Source: a virus (lineage: Duplodnaviria > Caudoviricetes). Taken from it: DNA of 34,865 nt. The stretch spans positions 1-34,865 of the IMG/VR virus record IMGVR_UViG_3300033094_000132. One strand, 5' to 3'. Under the pieces are notes generated by a model. It saw only the letters and a program-made list of their open reading frames with translations. It searched no databases and was not told the DNA's origin. The position numbers and the translations under genes were made by a program. Position 1 is the first letter of the stretch, and the number at the start of each line of letters is the position of its first letter. This document shows, piece after piece, positions 16,115-25,316 of this stretch.

Positions 16115-16150
16115 AAAACAAAAACCCCCAATGTAGATACATCAGGGGTT
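16115..16150 (-). terminator. Intrinsic terminator ending the late/lysis operon
   Basis: AACCCCTGATGT-ATCT-ACATTGGGGGTT then TTTGTTTT. Confidence 0.85.
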
Positions 16151-16192
16151 CAAATCACATTAAAACTTTAAAAATCAACAGTCTATGTCATT
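16115..16192 (-). ncRNA. Candidate late sRNA antisense to early-gene start regions
   Basis: CTATTTAATA at 16201-16192, then unpaired ATGTGATTTG (16160-16151), then the terminator. Confidence 0.55.
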
Positions 16193-16420
16193 ATTAAATA
16201 GCGTTTCGTGCATGGATTTTACCGAAAATTCCAACATCTCAAAACAAAGTTTCTTTAGTTCTTGGACCTTTTCCACTTCCTCCTTGGTCATAGGGTTGGC
16301 AGATTCAAGCATAGTAAGTACCTCAACGGAGGCAGATATGTAGTCGGGGTAACCATACCCTTCCGCTTCCTCTACATATTCAACCTCATCCGATTCTCCT
16401 AAAACAAGGTCCTGCTCCAT
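16175..16420 (-). CDS. Acidic hypothetical protein
   Basis: 81-aa ORF, last gene before the terminator. Confidence 0.75.
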   Translation of the reverse strand: MEQDLVLGESDEVEYVEEAEGYGYPDYISASVEVLTMLESANPMTKEEVEKVQELKKLCFEMLEFSVKSMHETLFNNDIDC

Positions 16421-16422
16421 AG

Positions 16423-17127
16423 TTAAAGGATTTTGATTGTTCTTACAAAAGTATATCCTCCAGTATGATTTCTCCTTCCCTTTAACACTGCTGATATTTT
16501 AGTTGCAGTAACATTCAATTTATTTGCTGCATCATAAATACCTTCATAAGTATTTACAAGTAAACCATCTTTGTATGCTTCAATAATCCCTTTAAACGGG
16601 AAACTGTCTTTGCCAGTTTTACCTTTAGATGGGTTGTTAACTTTCATTCTTATAGATGCAGCAATGTTTTGCTCAGGAGTATTTTTTCTGTTCTTATTCG
16701 CTAAACTTATTTTCCTTCTTGCTTCTTCAGAATTTTTTATTCCTAACCTAAATTTCCTTAATTTTTCCTTTTGTTCTTCGCTTAATATTTTCTGTTTCGC
16801 CTTTTCGCTTAACTTCTTTTTATGAGATTCTGTGAATATATACCCATTTAATCCATCTCCACCATCTGTCATGTTGCATAAAGTACCAGTTCTTTTATCT
16901 ATTCTCCCGTACAGTTTTATAAACTCAATCTCCTTTTCCTTTGCAAATTCAACAGATACTTCATCTGCAATTATCTCAACAAAATAATCTGATTTTGCAG
17001 TAATCTTTTTCCATAGTTCACTTCTTCTTGCTCTTTCATTTGCTCTTTTATATTCAGCATCAGAACCTATTCCAATATAAAAAGGTTGATTTTTGTCTAA
17101 TCTTATATGTCTGTAAACGTATGCCAT
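16423..17127 (-). mobile_element. Free-standing GIY-YIG-like homing endonuclease with NUMOD3/NUMOD1 domains
   Basis: YVYRH...FYIGIG, NMTDGGDG, (S/T)EE..KKIS-type repeats and a C-terminal NUMOD1-like HTH. Confidence 0.8.
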
Positions 17128-18098
17128 TAGGATATTTGTCCTTTATCTATTGTGTAATTTCTAACATTGAAATCTTTGCCATCAACATCCACAATAGCAA
17201 AACCATGATTCCATTTATTTATTGGAAGATAAGCAGGATGGAGTTCACACAAACAACCTAAAGACCATGTCTTTACTACCCCTCCATTCATATCTCTTTC
17301 AACATGAGAACTGGTGCAATGGTTATGACCTTGCATAGCAGACACCTTGCCCCTTAGGAATAACCCCCTTGCAATGTTTACTGGACTGAATACCGAACCA
17401 CCGAACTCATGCCCGTGTATAATATTCAAATCACCTGCTTTCATTATACGCTTGTCCTTGATTATCTCAATTCCTTCTGCCCTTGCTTTAAGTATATTCT
17501 CAATCTCAAATTCCTCTACCCCGACCAGTTCATGTGCTTTCATCCAAAGAAAATGCTCATACCTTTCGCAATGGTTTCCCATCTTGTAATAGATTTTAGC
17601 ACTGAAAGTCTTTTTAAGAATCTCCATAAAGTCTTTAAAGATTGCCAACTCACTTGCTATTGACCTTTTCTTGGGGTCTTTCATAAACCTACTCAACCCA
17701 AAAAAGTCAAGTGTATCACCATTCAAAAGTATGGCATCGGGTTTTTCTCCTTTCGCAAAATCAAAAGCACAAGTAAGACTTTCAATGTTATGATAAGGGA
17801 TGTGTATGTCGGAAAGAACCAACAACCGCTTCGCTTTCAGTTCATAAGGTTCGTAAATTGCCTCATCGGATTCAGGTAAGTTGTACGGGTTCTTGGGTCT
17901 GTCTGGTATCACTTTATTCGTTTTATATCTTTGTTCTTTTCCTTGCTTACTCTCAATTGCTCTCAACTTACCTCTTGCGTGTTCAAGTCCGCTAAATAGT
18001 AAAGGATTTTCAATATACATTAAACGTGCAAGTTTTAAGGTGGGCATATCCCATCCGTACTTTTCACGATACTCTCTTGCTATGTCTACCTTTTTCAT
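17127..18098 (-). CDS. Calcineurin-like metallophosphoesterase
   Basis: SDIH, GD..D, GNH, HGH and GHNH motifs. Confidence 0.9.
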   Translation of the reverse strand: MKKVDIAREYREKYGWDMPTLKLARLMYIENPLLFSGLEHARGKLRAIESKQGKEQRYKTNKVIPDRPKNPYNLPESDEAIYEPYELKAKRLLVLSDIHIPYHNIESLTCAFDFAKGEKPDAILLNGDTLDFFGLSRFMKDPKKRSIASELAIFKDFMEILKKTFSAKIYYKMGNHCERYEHFLWMKAHELVGVEEFEIENILKARAEGIEIIKDKRIMKAGDLNIIHGHEFGGSVFSPVNIARGLFLRGKVSAMQGHNHCTSSHVERDMNGGVVKTWSLGCLCELHPAYLPINKWNHGFAIVDVDGKDFNVRNYTIDKGQIS

Positions 18099-18538
18099 TT
18101 AAAGTATAGGTTTGCTTCCGCTTCCCTTCGCCTTGTAAGACCTGCAAGAACCTTGCCACCTGCTTTGTTCCACTTCAAGAACTCTGTTTTTATGCTTGGA
18201 TCATTAGGATTGGAATTGACTTTTTTAAGTAGTGTTGACTTTTGTAGGTTTGCAATACCGCAGTTATATGCAAATGATGTTAATGCACCGAATTGGTTCT
18301 CACTAACTTTTGACGTTACTAATTTAGCAACTTTTGCAGAAAAGTCATTTGCTATTATCTCAAACAAATCCTCTGCTTTCTGTTGAGTTATTGCATTTCC
18401 TGCAACAACTGGTGTACCATCCTCAAAGAAGGTGTTGCCGTATCCAATAGTCCACTTTTTAGCAGAGCATTGGTATGCTTTCAACTTACATCCTTCAAAC
18501 TCCTTAATCAAGTCTGCACCTGCTTTGTTTAGTTTCAT
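18095..18538 (-). CDS. Endolysin, GH24 phage lysozyme
   Basis: FEG..L.AY.C....WTIGYG and GLTRRREAE motifs. Confidence 0.95.
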   Translation of the reverse strand: MKLNKAGADLIKEFEGCKLKAYQCSAKKWTIGYGNTFFEDGTPVVAGNAITQQKAEDLFEIIANDFSAKVAKLVTSKVSENQFGALTSFAYNCGIANLQKSTLLKKVNSNPNDPSIKTEFLKWNKAGGKVLAGLTRRREAEANLYFK

Positions 18539-18984
18539 ATTCTATCTCTTAAGTAACGTATAAGTAACCAAACTCCAATCAATGCAAATATCCATAATTG
18601 CCTTCTTTTTGCCTTACCTTTCCAAGTTATTGAATCATTACTTAAACGGGTGCTATCGGCTTGTAATAGCCTCACACGAGCATTATCAACAATGAAGGAC
18701 TTTAATGTATCGTGAATGGTAGTAGACTTGATTATGTCCCTTGTTTTCCATTTCGTGATGTAGGTTGTATCGTTTACGATTTCAGAAAAAGTTTCTGTAT
18801 CTATTCGCACCAATGTATCAACCTCGATAAGTGTATCGGACTTGGTGATGAAGGTAGTATCATTTGCACACCATCCCCCTTTAACCACAACCTTTGCAAC
18901 CTGCTCAAGTTTGTCTTGGTCACGCAAAACTTGTTTAACTGGGTTGCAGCTAACAAAAAGTAAAATCAAAAATATGTACCTCAT
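18535..18984 (-). CDS. Candidate unimolecular spanin
   Basis: Lipoprotein signal (LLFVS-C) plus C-terminal TM helix, within the lysis cassette. Confidence 0.65.
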   Translation of the reverse strand: MRYIFLILLFVSCNPVKQVLRDQDKLEQVAKVVVKGGWCANDTTFITKSDTLIEVDTLVRIDTETFSEIVNDTTYITKWKTRDIIKSTTIHDTLKSFIVDNARVRLLQADSTRLSNDSITWKGKAKRRQLWIFALIGVWLLIRYLRDRI

Positions 18985-19166
18985 TTCTTAAATATTTTTT
19001 CAGCAGATGAGAACCCAAGTGCTGATGATACTATGAATGTAACCGCAAAGATTGAGGCATCATTAGGCTTGGCAATCATAGTGGCACAAAGTGACAAAGT
19101 GCCAATAATGGCACAAAGTCGCTTCATGCTCAATCTATTGCTATCTTCCGTAAAGAATTGCCTCAT
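18981..19166 (-). CDS. Candidate holin
   Basis: 61 aa, two hydrophobic helices, basic C-terminus, upstream of lysin. Confidence 0.6.
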   Translation of the reverse strand: MRQFFTEDSNRLSMKRLCAIIGTLSLCATMIAKPNDASIFAVTFIVSSALGFSSAEKIFKK

Positions 19167-19321
19167 CCTTTTATTTCTTTATACATACGATAAGCATTAT
19201 AGACTATCGTTGAGATTCCTGCTAAAATAGCAACGACTACACCGACCTCGGAGATGGCAATATCTGCCCACACCTTTATCAGTATAGTCGCTGCACACAT
19301 TCCAATAGATTTGCTATCCAT
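19163..19321 (-). CDS. Small membrane protein (holin/antiholin candidate, 52 aa)
   Basis: Start moved to ATG 19321; VGVVVAILAGISTIVY helix. Confidence 0.6.
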   Translation of the reverse strand: MDSKSIGMCAATILIKVWADIAISEVGVVVAILAGISTIVYNAYRMYKEIKG

Positions 19322-19445
19322 TCTCGTTTTTCTCTTTTTGGAGTTCTTCGCCAATCTTAGCGTTAGTTTCTTGGAGTTGCTTTTGAAGGTACTCAATCTG
19401 AGCAAGGATGTCGTAGGCTTGTGCCTTCAGTTCTACAAGTGTCAT
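19314..19445 (-). CDS. 43-aa coiled-coil protein
   Basis: MTLVELKAQAYDILAQIEYLQKQLQETNAKI...; fills a gap; below cutoff. Confidence 0.75.
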   Translation of the reverse strand: MTLVELKAQAYDILAQIEYLQKQLQETNAKIGEELQKEKNENG

Positions 19446-19469
19446 AGTATATATTTTAAGGTAAATTTA

Positions 19470-19748
19470 CTAAATTATTGTCAAATTCAGCTTTCCCGCC
19501 ACCCAATCCCATGCGAATTCATCTTGCTCCCATGATTGATAATCTTCTCCGACCATGTCAAGATTTCCGCTTGTTACAAGTTCGCCAGGTGATTCTACCC
19601 CTTCTGCATCTACAACTTTTGTAGACAATGAATAATAGAACCTTGAACTAACGCCCAATGTTAGTTGGATGCCATAAGCATCTAAAAACTCTGCTACTTT
19701 TACTTCGCCATTTACCCATACATTGACGGGAGAGATTTGTTTCGCCAT
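19470..19748 (-). CDS. Fibre-associated small protein, paralogue B
   Basis: I.P...W..G, G.L...G.DY..W and W.W.A.KLNLTII shared with 19751..20032. Confidence 0.75.
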   Translation of the reverse strand: MAKQISPVNVWVNGEVKVAEFLDAYGIQLTLGVSSRFYYSLSTKVVDAEGVESPGELVTSGNLDMVGEDYQSWEQDEFAWDWVAGKLNLTII

Positions 19749-19750
19749 TT

Positions 19751-20032
19751 TTATATAATTGTTAGGTTTAACTTACTTGCTGCCCATTGATATATCCATG
19801 CGTTTGCATCAACTTCTGCATCCCATTGCTCATAGTCTGCACCATTAATCGCAAGTTGACCAATAATTAATGTTTGAGAATTTAATTGTTCATCAACAAT
19901 AATTTCTTCAATTAATTGATATTGAAATGTTGCTGAATTAATAAGATTATCTCCTGTTGAATAAAGACTAAAAACATTTGCTTGATGTTCTGCCCCTTTA
20001 AACCATGTTGTAATTGGTTGTATTTGTGCCAT
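19751..20032 (-). CDS. Fibre-associated small protein, paralogue A
   Basis: Shares the motifs of paralogue B (19470..19748). Confidence 0.75.
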   Translation of the reverse strand: MAQIQPITTWFKGAEHQANVFSLYSTGDNLINSATFQYQLIEEIIVDEQLNSQTLIIGQLAINGADYEQWDAEVDANAWIYQWAASKLNLTII

Positions 20033-20034
20033 AA

Positions 20035-20973
20035 TTAATAAATTGAATAATATGAATTTATATTGTTTTGAATTGCAGTATTATTTCCTAATTGATTGCT
20101 TAAATAAAAAACAAATTCTTGATAATTACCTCTCATAGTTGGGTCTGTTACTGGTGGAGTATTAGTATTATTATAATTTCTGCCTCCCAAAATTATATTA
20201 TGATTTCCACTACCCGTAGATAACCAATCAGATAATGGCATAGTTCCAAGTGAAGTACTTAATGTTTGAAGATTAGCATTTTTATAAATAGAAATACTTG
20301 ATGTTGATATATGTGATGATGATAGTTGTTGTATTGTTGGGTCAAATGTAAAATCTTTAAGATTTGAATCACCTAAACTACCTCCTCCTGCACCTCTACC
20401 TAAAATAATTCTATTTAAATTTCCTCCATCAGTTGCAATAAGCAATAATCCACTTGTATAGTCTGCCAATCCACTTCTACGCATAGCATAGTAATTACCA
20501 CTAAGGTCTGAAGTAGACTTTGTTACACTAAAAATAGATGCCAACTTATTTGTTGATAAATTAAATGAATATGTTGTTTCAAGATATTGTGCATAAGTAA
20601 CTGTTTGTATTATTGCTGGTTTGCCGTTTTGTGTTTGCACTACACCATTTACAACAATTTGAGGTTGAGCGCCAGTAAAAGCATCTATTCCATTACCACT
20701 TTGGTCATACCACTTTGCCACAAATCCATTCAAACCAGCACACGCTGCAACCAAAAGTGCTACATCTATTACACCATTTGCATCAAATCCAACATCAAAT
20801 TGTGCATTGTCTAAAGACCTTTGACATCTTATGCAAGGGCCAGTATATGCAGTTCTTAACTTACGCAATGAATAAGCAGCAGCAGCACCCGGATATGCAT
20901 CAAGCAGTAATCCACTTGGAGGCGGTGCAGCGGTACCTCTTGATGATGCTATGATTCCTAAGTTTAAACTCAT
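20035..20973 (-). CDS. Putative receptor-binding protein, ConA/LamG-like fold with GH54-like N-terminus
   Basis: AAAAYSLRKL..AYTGP and WYDQSGNG motifs; follows the fibre gene. Confidence 0.6.
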   Translation of the reverse strand: MSLNLGIIASSRGTAAPPPSGLLLDAYPGAAAAYSLRKLRTAYTGPCIRCQRSLDNAQFDVGFDANGVIDVALLVAACAGLNGFVAKWYDQSGNGIDAFTGAQPQIVVNGVVQTQNGKPAIIQTVTYAQYLETTYSFNLSTNKLASIFSVTKSTSDLSGNYYAMRRSGLADYTSGLLLIATDGGNLNRIILGRGAGGGSLGDSNLKDFTFDPTIQQLSSSHISTSSISIYKNANLQTLSTSLGTMPLSDWLSTGSGNHNIILGGRNYNNTNTPPVTDPTMRGNYQEFVFYLSNQLGNNTAIQNNINSYYSIY

Positions 20974-20974
20974 T

Positions 20975-23836
20975 TTATACAGTTATATCTCCGAATAAAT
21001 ACCACTCATTAGTCGCTATCTTGACAAGTGTTGCACCGCTATATTGTAACGATAATTTTAACGCACCTCCTGCACTTCTTACAGTCACACCACCCGTTGC
21101 AACAACTGTTGTCTGCCCTGCTCCGTATTGTGCCAAATCAATCTTTGTACCGATTGCAAAAGCGACTGATGAGTTAAGAGGAACAGTTAAGTTGTTTGCA
21201 GTTGCCACGTTCATTTCAACCAACTTATCAGCATCAGTCAATGCAAGTGTGTAAGATGCAGTTTGTCTATTTGTTGATATTAAACCACCACCAGTAGTGA
21301 CCGAACCATCTGCCATCAAATATTGTGATGATGTACCACCACTCTTGATGAATGATGTTGCTAAAACATTTCCCGAAACCTGCAACTTTTCCCCAGAATC
21401 GGTTCCACCTACACCAATTCCTAAATTGCCCGTAGCAAATAATGTCATTGTTTGGGTGAAACTAATTGCGTTTCCTGCCGTGCCTGATGGTGCGGTGTAC
21501 CATTGGTGAGAACCTTGGTATTGAAAATATCTTGATGATTCAACACCACTATTTTTATAAACTGGTGTGCCTCCTGCGTTATAATAAAAGTTTAAACCAA
21601 GTATAAGTGAATTAAACGAACTTGAAGCAGTTTCGCTCCATATTACACCATTTGCACCAATTTCTAAAGTGTTACTTCCTATAAAAGCATTACTTGGAAC
21701 AACGGCAATACCTACGTTTCCATTTGCATCATTAAATAAATTACTATTCCCAATCACACTCCCACTTGTCCATTTCGGTAGGTAGTTCGTTGTACCCGTT
21801 CCCGTTACGGGGTTGGTAAGTGTGTTTTGTTTGTTGTTGAACGTAGTCCAGTCGGTTGATGATAGGAACCCGTTCACACTTCCACTCGCTTGTGCGATTG
21901 TGAACGCACCAGTTGTGTTGTTGTATGACAAAGGTGCTGATGCCGTTAACGCAGTTAATGCGATGTATGCACTTGGGTTGGAGGCGAGGTAGTAGGTTGA
22001 GTTATCATACGAAATTGTAGTTCCGCTAATCTTTACGAAACCCGTTCCGTTTAATGCTGCTTGTTTGCCATTGAATGTGGTCCAATCCGTTGATGATAAC
22101 GCACCCGTTGTTGATGCGCTTGATAATGCCAATGATAGCGCCTGGGTGCTTAAACTTAATCCGTTTGCCGTTCCAATAGTTACCGCATCGTGTACTGGTA
22201 TAGTCCAAGACCTATCTGCACTAAGGTCATAAGTTGTGCCATTGATAGTTAATGTCCTTGTTGTTGGAACACCACCCAATCCGCTTAATGTGTAAGTCGG
22301 AATGTTTAAGGTATTAGATATAAACGTACTTGCCCCACTCGTTCCCGTAGTTGTTAAAGTAATCGCATTTTGTTTGGAGTTAAATGTTGTCCAATCAGTA
22401 TTGCTTAACTTCCCCGTATTTGTTCCCGATGCGATAGGTAGGTTAAATGTATGAATATCTGTTGCTGAACTAATCGCAAAGTCTGTACCACTCGTTCCCG
22501 TTGCAAAGTATTGCACTTGGGCAGTTAATCCGTTAAGTGCATTAAGTCCCGTTGAGAATGTAGTTAATACCTCGCAAAGATTGCTATTCTCAGTATGTAA
22601 GGTGATGTTTCTTCCATCAGGTGTTACAAAGATTCTTACCGCTATTCTATCAGTAGCAAGTAATGCCGTTTGAGCAACGGGAATGGAAGTAAAGTATTGG
22701 TCAACAACAGTCCCTTGTGTAATCCCTTCGGGGTTAGTAGAACCACTTGATACAAGAGTAAATACGTTTGATGAACTTACTTTATAAAGTTCAGCATAGA
22801 AAGATGGAGTGCCACCACCGCTACTTGCATTGAAATAGAATTCTAAGTTCCAGTTACCACCAGGGATAACCAAAAGAGATGGGTCATTGGCATCAGTTAT
22901 AAATGATGCGATATAACCATTCCCTTGTGCGGATGTCCTTGTAAAATTAGTTCCTGCACCTGCAATCGGAGATTTACTCATCTCATAGTAAGTATCTCCA
23001 CCGAATGTTCCTTGTGAAACACTACCATTTAAGTAGTAATTAACCGATGAACCACCTCCGCCATTTGTCGGGAAGTTGGCAAGTTGCCCATCACCTCTTA
23101 CATATTGTGCTGATGTACCTGCACCCGTTACCGCAAGTGTTCCATTGCTTGTTAGAGGCGAATTGCTGACCGAAAATGCTGAAGGCATAGAAAGACCAAC
23201 GGAAGTCAATCCGGTGTCCGTATCGGTGTTATTTACCCAAGTAGTGCCATTGTACTTTAATACTTGTCCATTGGTAGGACTTGTCAAAGTAACATCACCA
23301 AGTTGGGTTAAAGTGTAATCTCCTTCCGTTGCAACCACCGCACCCGTTCTCCCAAATACAGATGTAACTGCATCGGTATTTAAATCACTCCAACTTGCCG
23401 TTACACTTCCACCATCTTGCTGATTAAGTGTAAGTGTCTTTGTAGTTGTTCCCGTTACTGCTGCACTAACTATGCTATCATTATAAGCAGTGTTCCAAGT
23501 TGCTTGTGATGCCGTTGTTGGTATTGAGTAACCACTTGCCAATCCAACTGCTAATGTTCCATTTGTAGTTAAAGGACTATTTGTAACAGTCAAACCCGTA
23601 GGAACAGAAAGTCCAACGGAGGTTAAACCCGATGCATCTGCTGCCCAATATGTATCGTAATTGGTATTGGTAAACTTTTTTAATACTTGACCAGTAGTTC
23701 CACCAACGGGAACACCCACACCGGCAGCACCCGCAGGACCTTGTGGACCTGCTGCATTGCTCACATTGACAACTATGTCCTCAGTTGTTTCGGTTACTAT
23801 AACTAAATCATTCTGAACATTTACATCAATACTCAT
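20975..23836 (-). CDS. Tail fibre protein (953 aa)
   Basis: Thr/Gly/Ser-rich; VTSVFGRTGAV, short GPQGPAG, internal repeats. Confidence 0.85.
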   Translation of the reverse strand: MSIDVNVQNDLVIVTETTEDIVVNVSNAAGPQGPAGAAGVGVPVGGTTGQVLKKFTNTNYDTYWAADASGLTSVGLSVPTGLTVTNSPLTTNGTLAVGLASGYSIPTTASQATWNTAYNDSIVSAAVTGTTTKTLTLNQQDGGSVTASWSDLNTDAVTSVFGRTGAVVATEGDYTLTQLGDVTLTSPTNGQVLKYNGTTWVNNTDTDTGLTSVGLSMPSAFSVSNSPLTSNGTLAVTGAGTSAQYVRGDGQLANFPTNGGGGSSVNYYLNGSVSQGTFGGDTYYEMSKSPIAGAGTNFTRTSAQGNGYIASFITDANDPSLLVIPGGNWNLEFYFNASSGGGTPSFYAELYKVSSSNVFTLVSSGSTNPEGITQGTVVDQYFTSIPVAQTALLATDRIAVRIFVTPDGRNITLHTENSNLCEVLTTFSTGLNALNGLTAQVQYFATGTSGTDFAISSATDIHTFNLPIASGTNTGKLSNTDWTTFNSKQNAITLTTTGTSGASTFISNTLNIPTYTLSGLGGVPTTRTLTINGTTYDLSADRSWTIPVHDAVTIGTANGLSLSTQALSLALSSASTTGALSSTDWTTFNGKQAALNGTGFVKISGTTISYDNSTYYLASNPSAYIALTALTASAPLSYNNTTGAFTIAQASGSVNGFLSSTDWTTFNNKQNTLTNPVTGTGTTNYLPKWTSGSVIGNSNLFNDANGNVGIAVVPSNAFIGSNTLEIGANGVIWSETASSSFNSLILGLNFYYNAGGTPVYKNSGVESSRYFQYQGSHQWYTAPSGTAGNAISFTQTMTLFATGNLGIGVGGTDSGEKLQVSGNVLATSFIKSGGTSSQYLMADGSVTTGGGLISTNRQTASYTLALTDADKLVEMNVATANNLTVPLNSSVAFAIGTKIDLAQYGAGQTTVVATGGVTVRSAGGALKLSLQYSGATLVKIATNEWYLFGDITV
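21826..22412 (-). repeat. Three G.LS.TDWTTFN.KQ peptide repeats in the fibre
   Basis: Near 21850, 22085 and 22395. A second duplicated unit GLTSVGLS.P...V.NSPLT.NGTLAV lies near 23130-23213 and 23550-23630. Confidence 0.85.
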
Positions 23837-23839
23837 CTT

Positions 23840-24187
23840 CTATGGTTTAGTAACATCATCATAAACAATAAAATCACCTTCCAGGTATGTCTTAACTGTC
23901 AAGTCAGCAAAGGTTACTTGCATATCCCACACGTAATTCCCTTTATCTATATTAACCAATTTGTTAACTGTTACTTGGTTATTACTCGCCCCTCCAATTG
24001 TTACACCGCTGCCATTCGTTAAAGTCAAAGCAAGAACCCCTCCACACCCTTTGCGGACCTGAATGTAAACAGTTGCACCGACTAGGCTGATTGGTGTAGT
24101 ATCTGCAAGAAGGGTAAATACCTGCTTCCAAGTATCATTCCTCCACATTTGAATATCAAGTTTTCCGGGTCTAAAATCTGATGCCAT
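23840..24187 (-). CDS. BppU-like baseplate/fibre adaptor (115 aa)
   Basis: Start moved to ATG 24187; G.YVWDMQVT..D..VKTYLEG.F motif. Confidence 0.6.
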   Translation of the reverse strand: MASDFRPGKLDIQMWRNDTWKQVFTLLADTTPISLVGATVYIQVRKGCGGVLALTLTNGSGVTIGGASNNQVTVNKLVNIDKGNYVWDMQVTFADLTVKTYLEGDFIVYDDVTKP

Positions 24188-24198
24188 TTCTTTTCTTT

Positions 24199-24205
24199 TA
24201 AATAG
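24199..24205 (-). promoter_or_regulatory. Candidate late promoter motif CTATTTA
   Basis: Intergenic, 11 nt before ATG 24187. Confidence 0.45.
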
Positions 24206-24207
24206 AT

Positions 24208-24654
24208 TTATGAAGGATATGTGTAGTCTGTTGGAACTACGCACCTATTTTGTAAATATGGTAAATCAAGTGAGATTGTTGCTGATACACCTGCCAAGTA
24301 TTCGGGTGTATCCTCAGTAAAGAAATCAAGGGTTACCGCATCTTGCAAAACAAAATCAAACTCATTATAATGAAGTTGAGCAATGATATCTTCAGCCGTT
24401 AGTAGTTGGTCCGATAGAACCTCTTGTTCGTTTGATTGCTCGGGAAGTATCCTATCACAAAAGAATAAGGTGAAGTTCAAGGTTGAGGTCTTGCCATTGA
24501 TAGATGCACCCGTTAGGTCAAAGAAAAAAGCAGGGTAGACATTATCAGAACCCTTGCTCAAGAAGTCAAAAGCATTACCGTAGAAGGTTGTCTTTATTTG
24601 ATCGTGAGCATTTCCCAAGTCCTCTATTGTCTTTATTGTTTGGTTTAGGGTCAT
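24208..24654 (-). CDS. Tail terminator-like structural protein
   Basis: 148-aa acidic ORF after the adaptor; role inferred from size and position. Confidence 0.55.
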   Translation of the reverse strand: MTLNQTIKTIEDLGNAHDQIKTTFYGNAFDFLSKGSDNVYPAFFFDLTGASINGKTSTLNFTLFFCDRILPEQSNEQEVLSDQLLTAEDIIAQLHYNEFDFVLQDAVTLDFFTEDTPEYLAGVSATISLDLPYLQNRCVVPTDYTYPS

Positions 24655-24724
24655 CCTTTTTTATTTTTTCAAGATAGACTTTTAGCTTCTCTTGGTTCTT
24701 TTTACTATATGTTTTATTCGCCAC
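24575..24724 (-). CDS. Possible 49-aa basic peptide (GTG start)
   Basis: MANKTYSKKNQEKLKVYLEKIK... bridges the 24655-24713 gap and overlaps both neighbours. Confidence 0.35.
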   Translation of the reverse strand: MANKTYSKKNQEKLKVYLEKIKKDDPKPNNKDNRGLGKCSRSNKDNLLR

Positions 24725-25307
24725 AGCAACGATTTATATCTCCTTGATATTTTTCTTCAAAAGTTTTATACCTATCGCAATACAAGTCGCCAAGATAGAT
24801 GGTGGTAGTGTATGCATCATTGTCGGGAACGATGGTATCTACTCCAGTGCCTGGGTTTATGTATTCAGGGAACTTAGCACTCGCTTGGCTTTCTTGCTTT
24901 AAGTATTTTATCAACCTTTGCTTGTAAAACTCCGCCCTTGCAGAATACCTATTCGCTACATCTGCCAATTCTGATGCACTCGGTTCTGTTTGGTTATCTC
25001 CTGACTTCCTTACTACTCCCTTATTGTAAAATTGATATGACAAAGCCATAGGCAACTCACTCATAACATAGTAAACCAAACAAGGTGTTATATAGGTATT
25101 AAGCAAAGTTTCTTCATCACAATTCAAGTCACCGCACTCAATACCGCTTTGTAGCCTTTCATACAATGCCGTACCAAGTGCAGGGAGAATGTATGCATCT
25201 TGGGCATACAATATGTCAGGGAATACCAATTTAGGGTCTACGTTAACGTGCAACCCAGTTCTATCTTTTATCGTATCTACTGAAATGAAAAGTATATTTC
25301 TGCTCAT
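24714..25307 (-). CDS. Head-tail adaptor-like protein
   Basis: Helical 197-aa protein with AQD.YI.P.LGT.LY motif, downstream of portal. Confidence 0.6.
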   Translation of the reverse strand: MSRNILFISVDTIKDRTGLHVNVDPKLVFPDILYAQDAYILPALGTALYERLQSGIECGDLNCDEETLLNTYITPCLVYYVMSELPMALSYQFYNKGVVRKSGDNQTEPSASELADVANRYSARAEFYKQRLIKYLKQESQASAKFPEYINPGTGVDTIVPDNDAYTTTIYLGDLYCDRYKTFEEKYQGDINRCCGE

Positions 25308-25316
25308 TTTATTTCT

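Noticed and set aside
16131-16142. TCTAC/GTAGA similarity to a Cas12a repeat stem
   Set aside because: Single copy, no spacers, no cas gene; explained as the apex of a terminator.
16423-17127. Group I introns around the two homing endonucleases
   Set aside because: Flanking genes look intact and there are under 10 nt of spacer on each side, leaving no room for an intron core.
23720-23749. Collagen domain as substrate of the PLOD-like GT
   Set aside because: Only about three Gly-X-Y triplets and no lysine.
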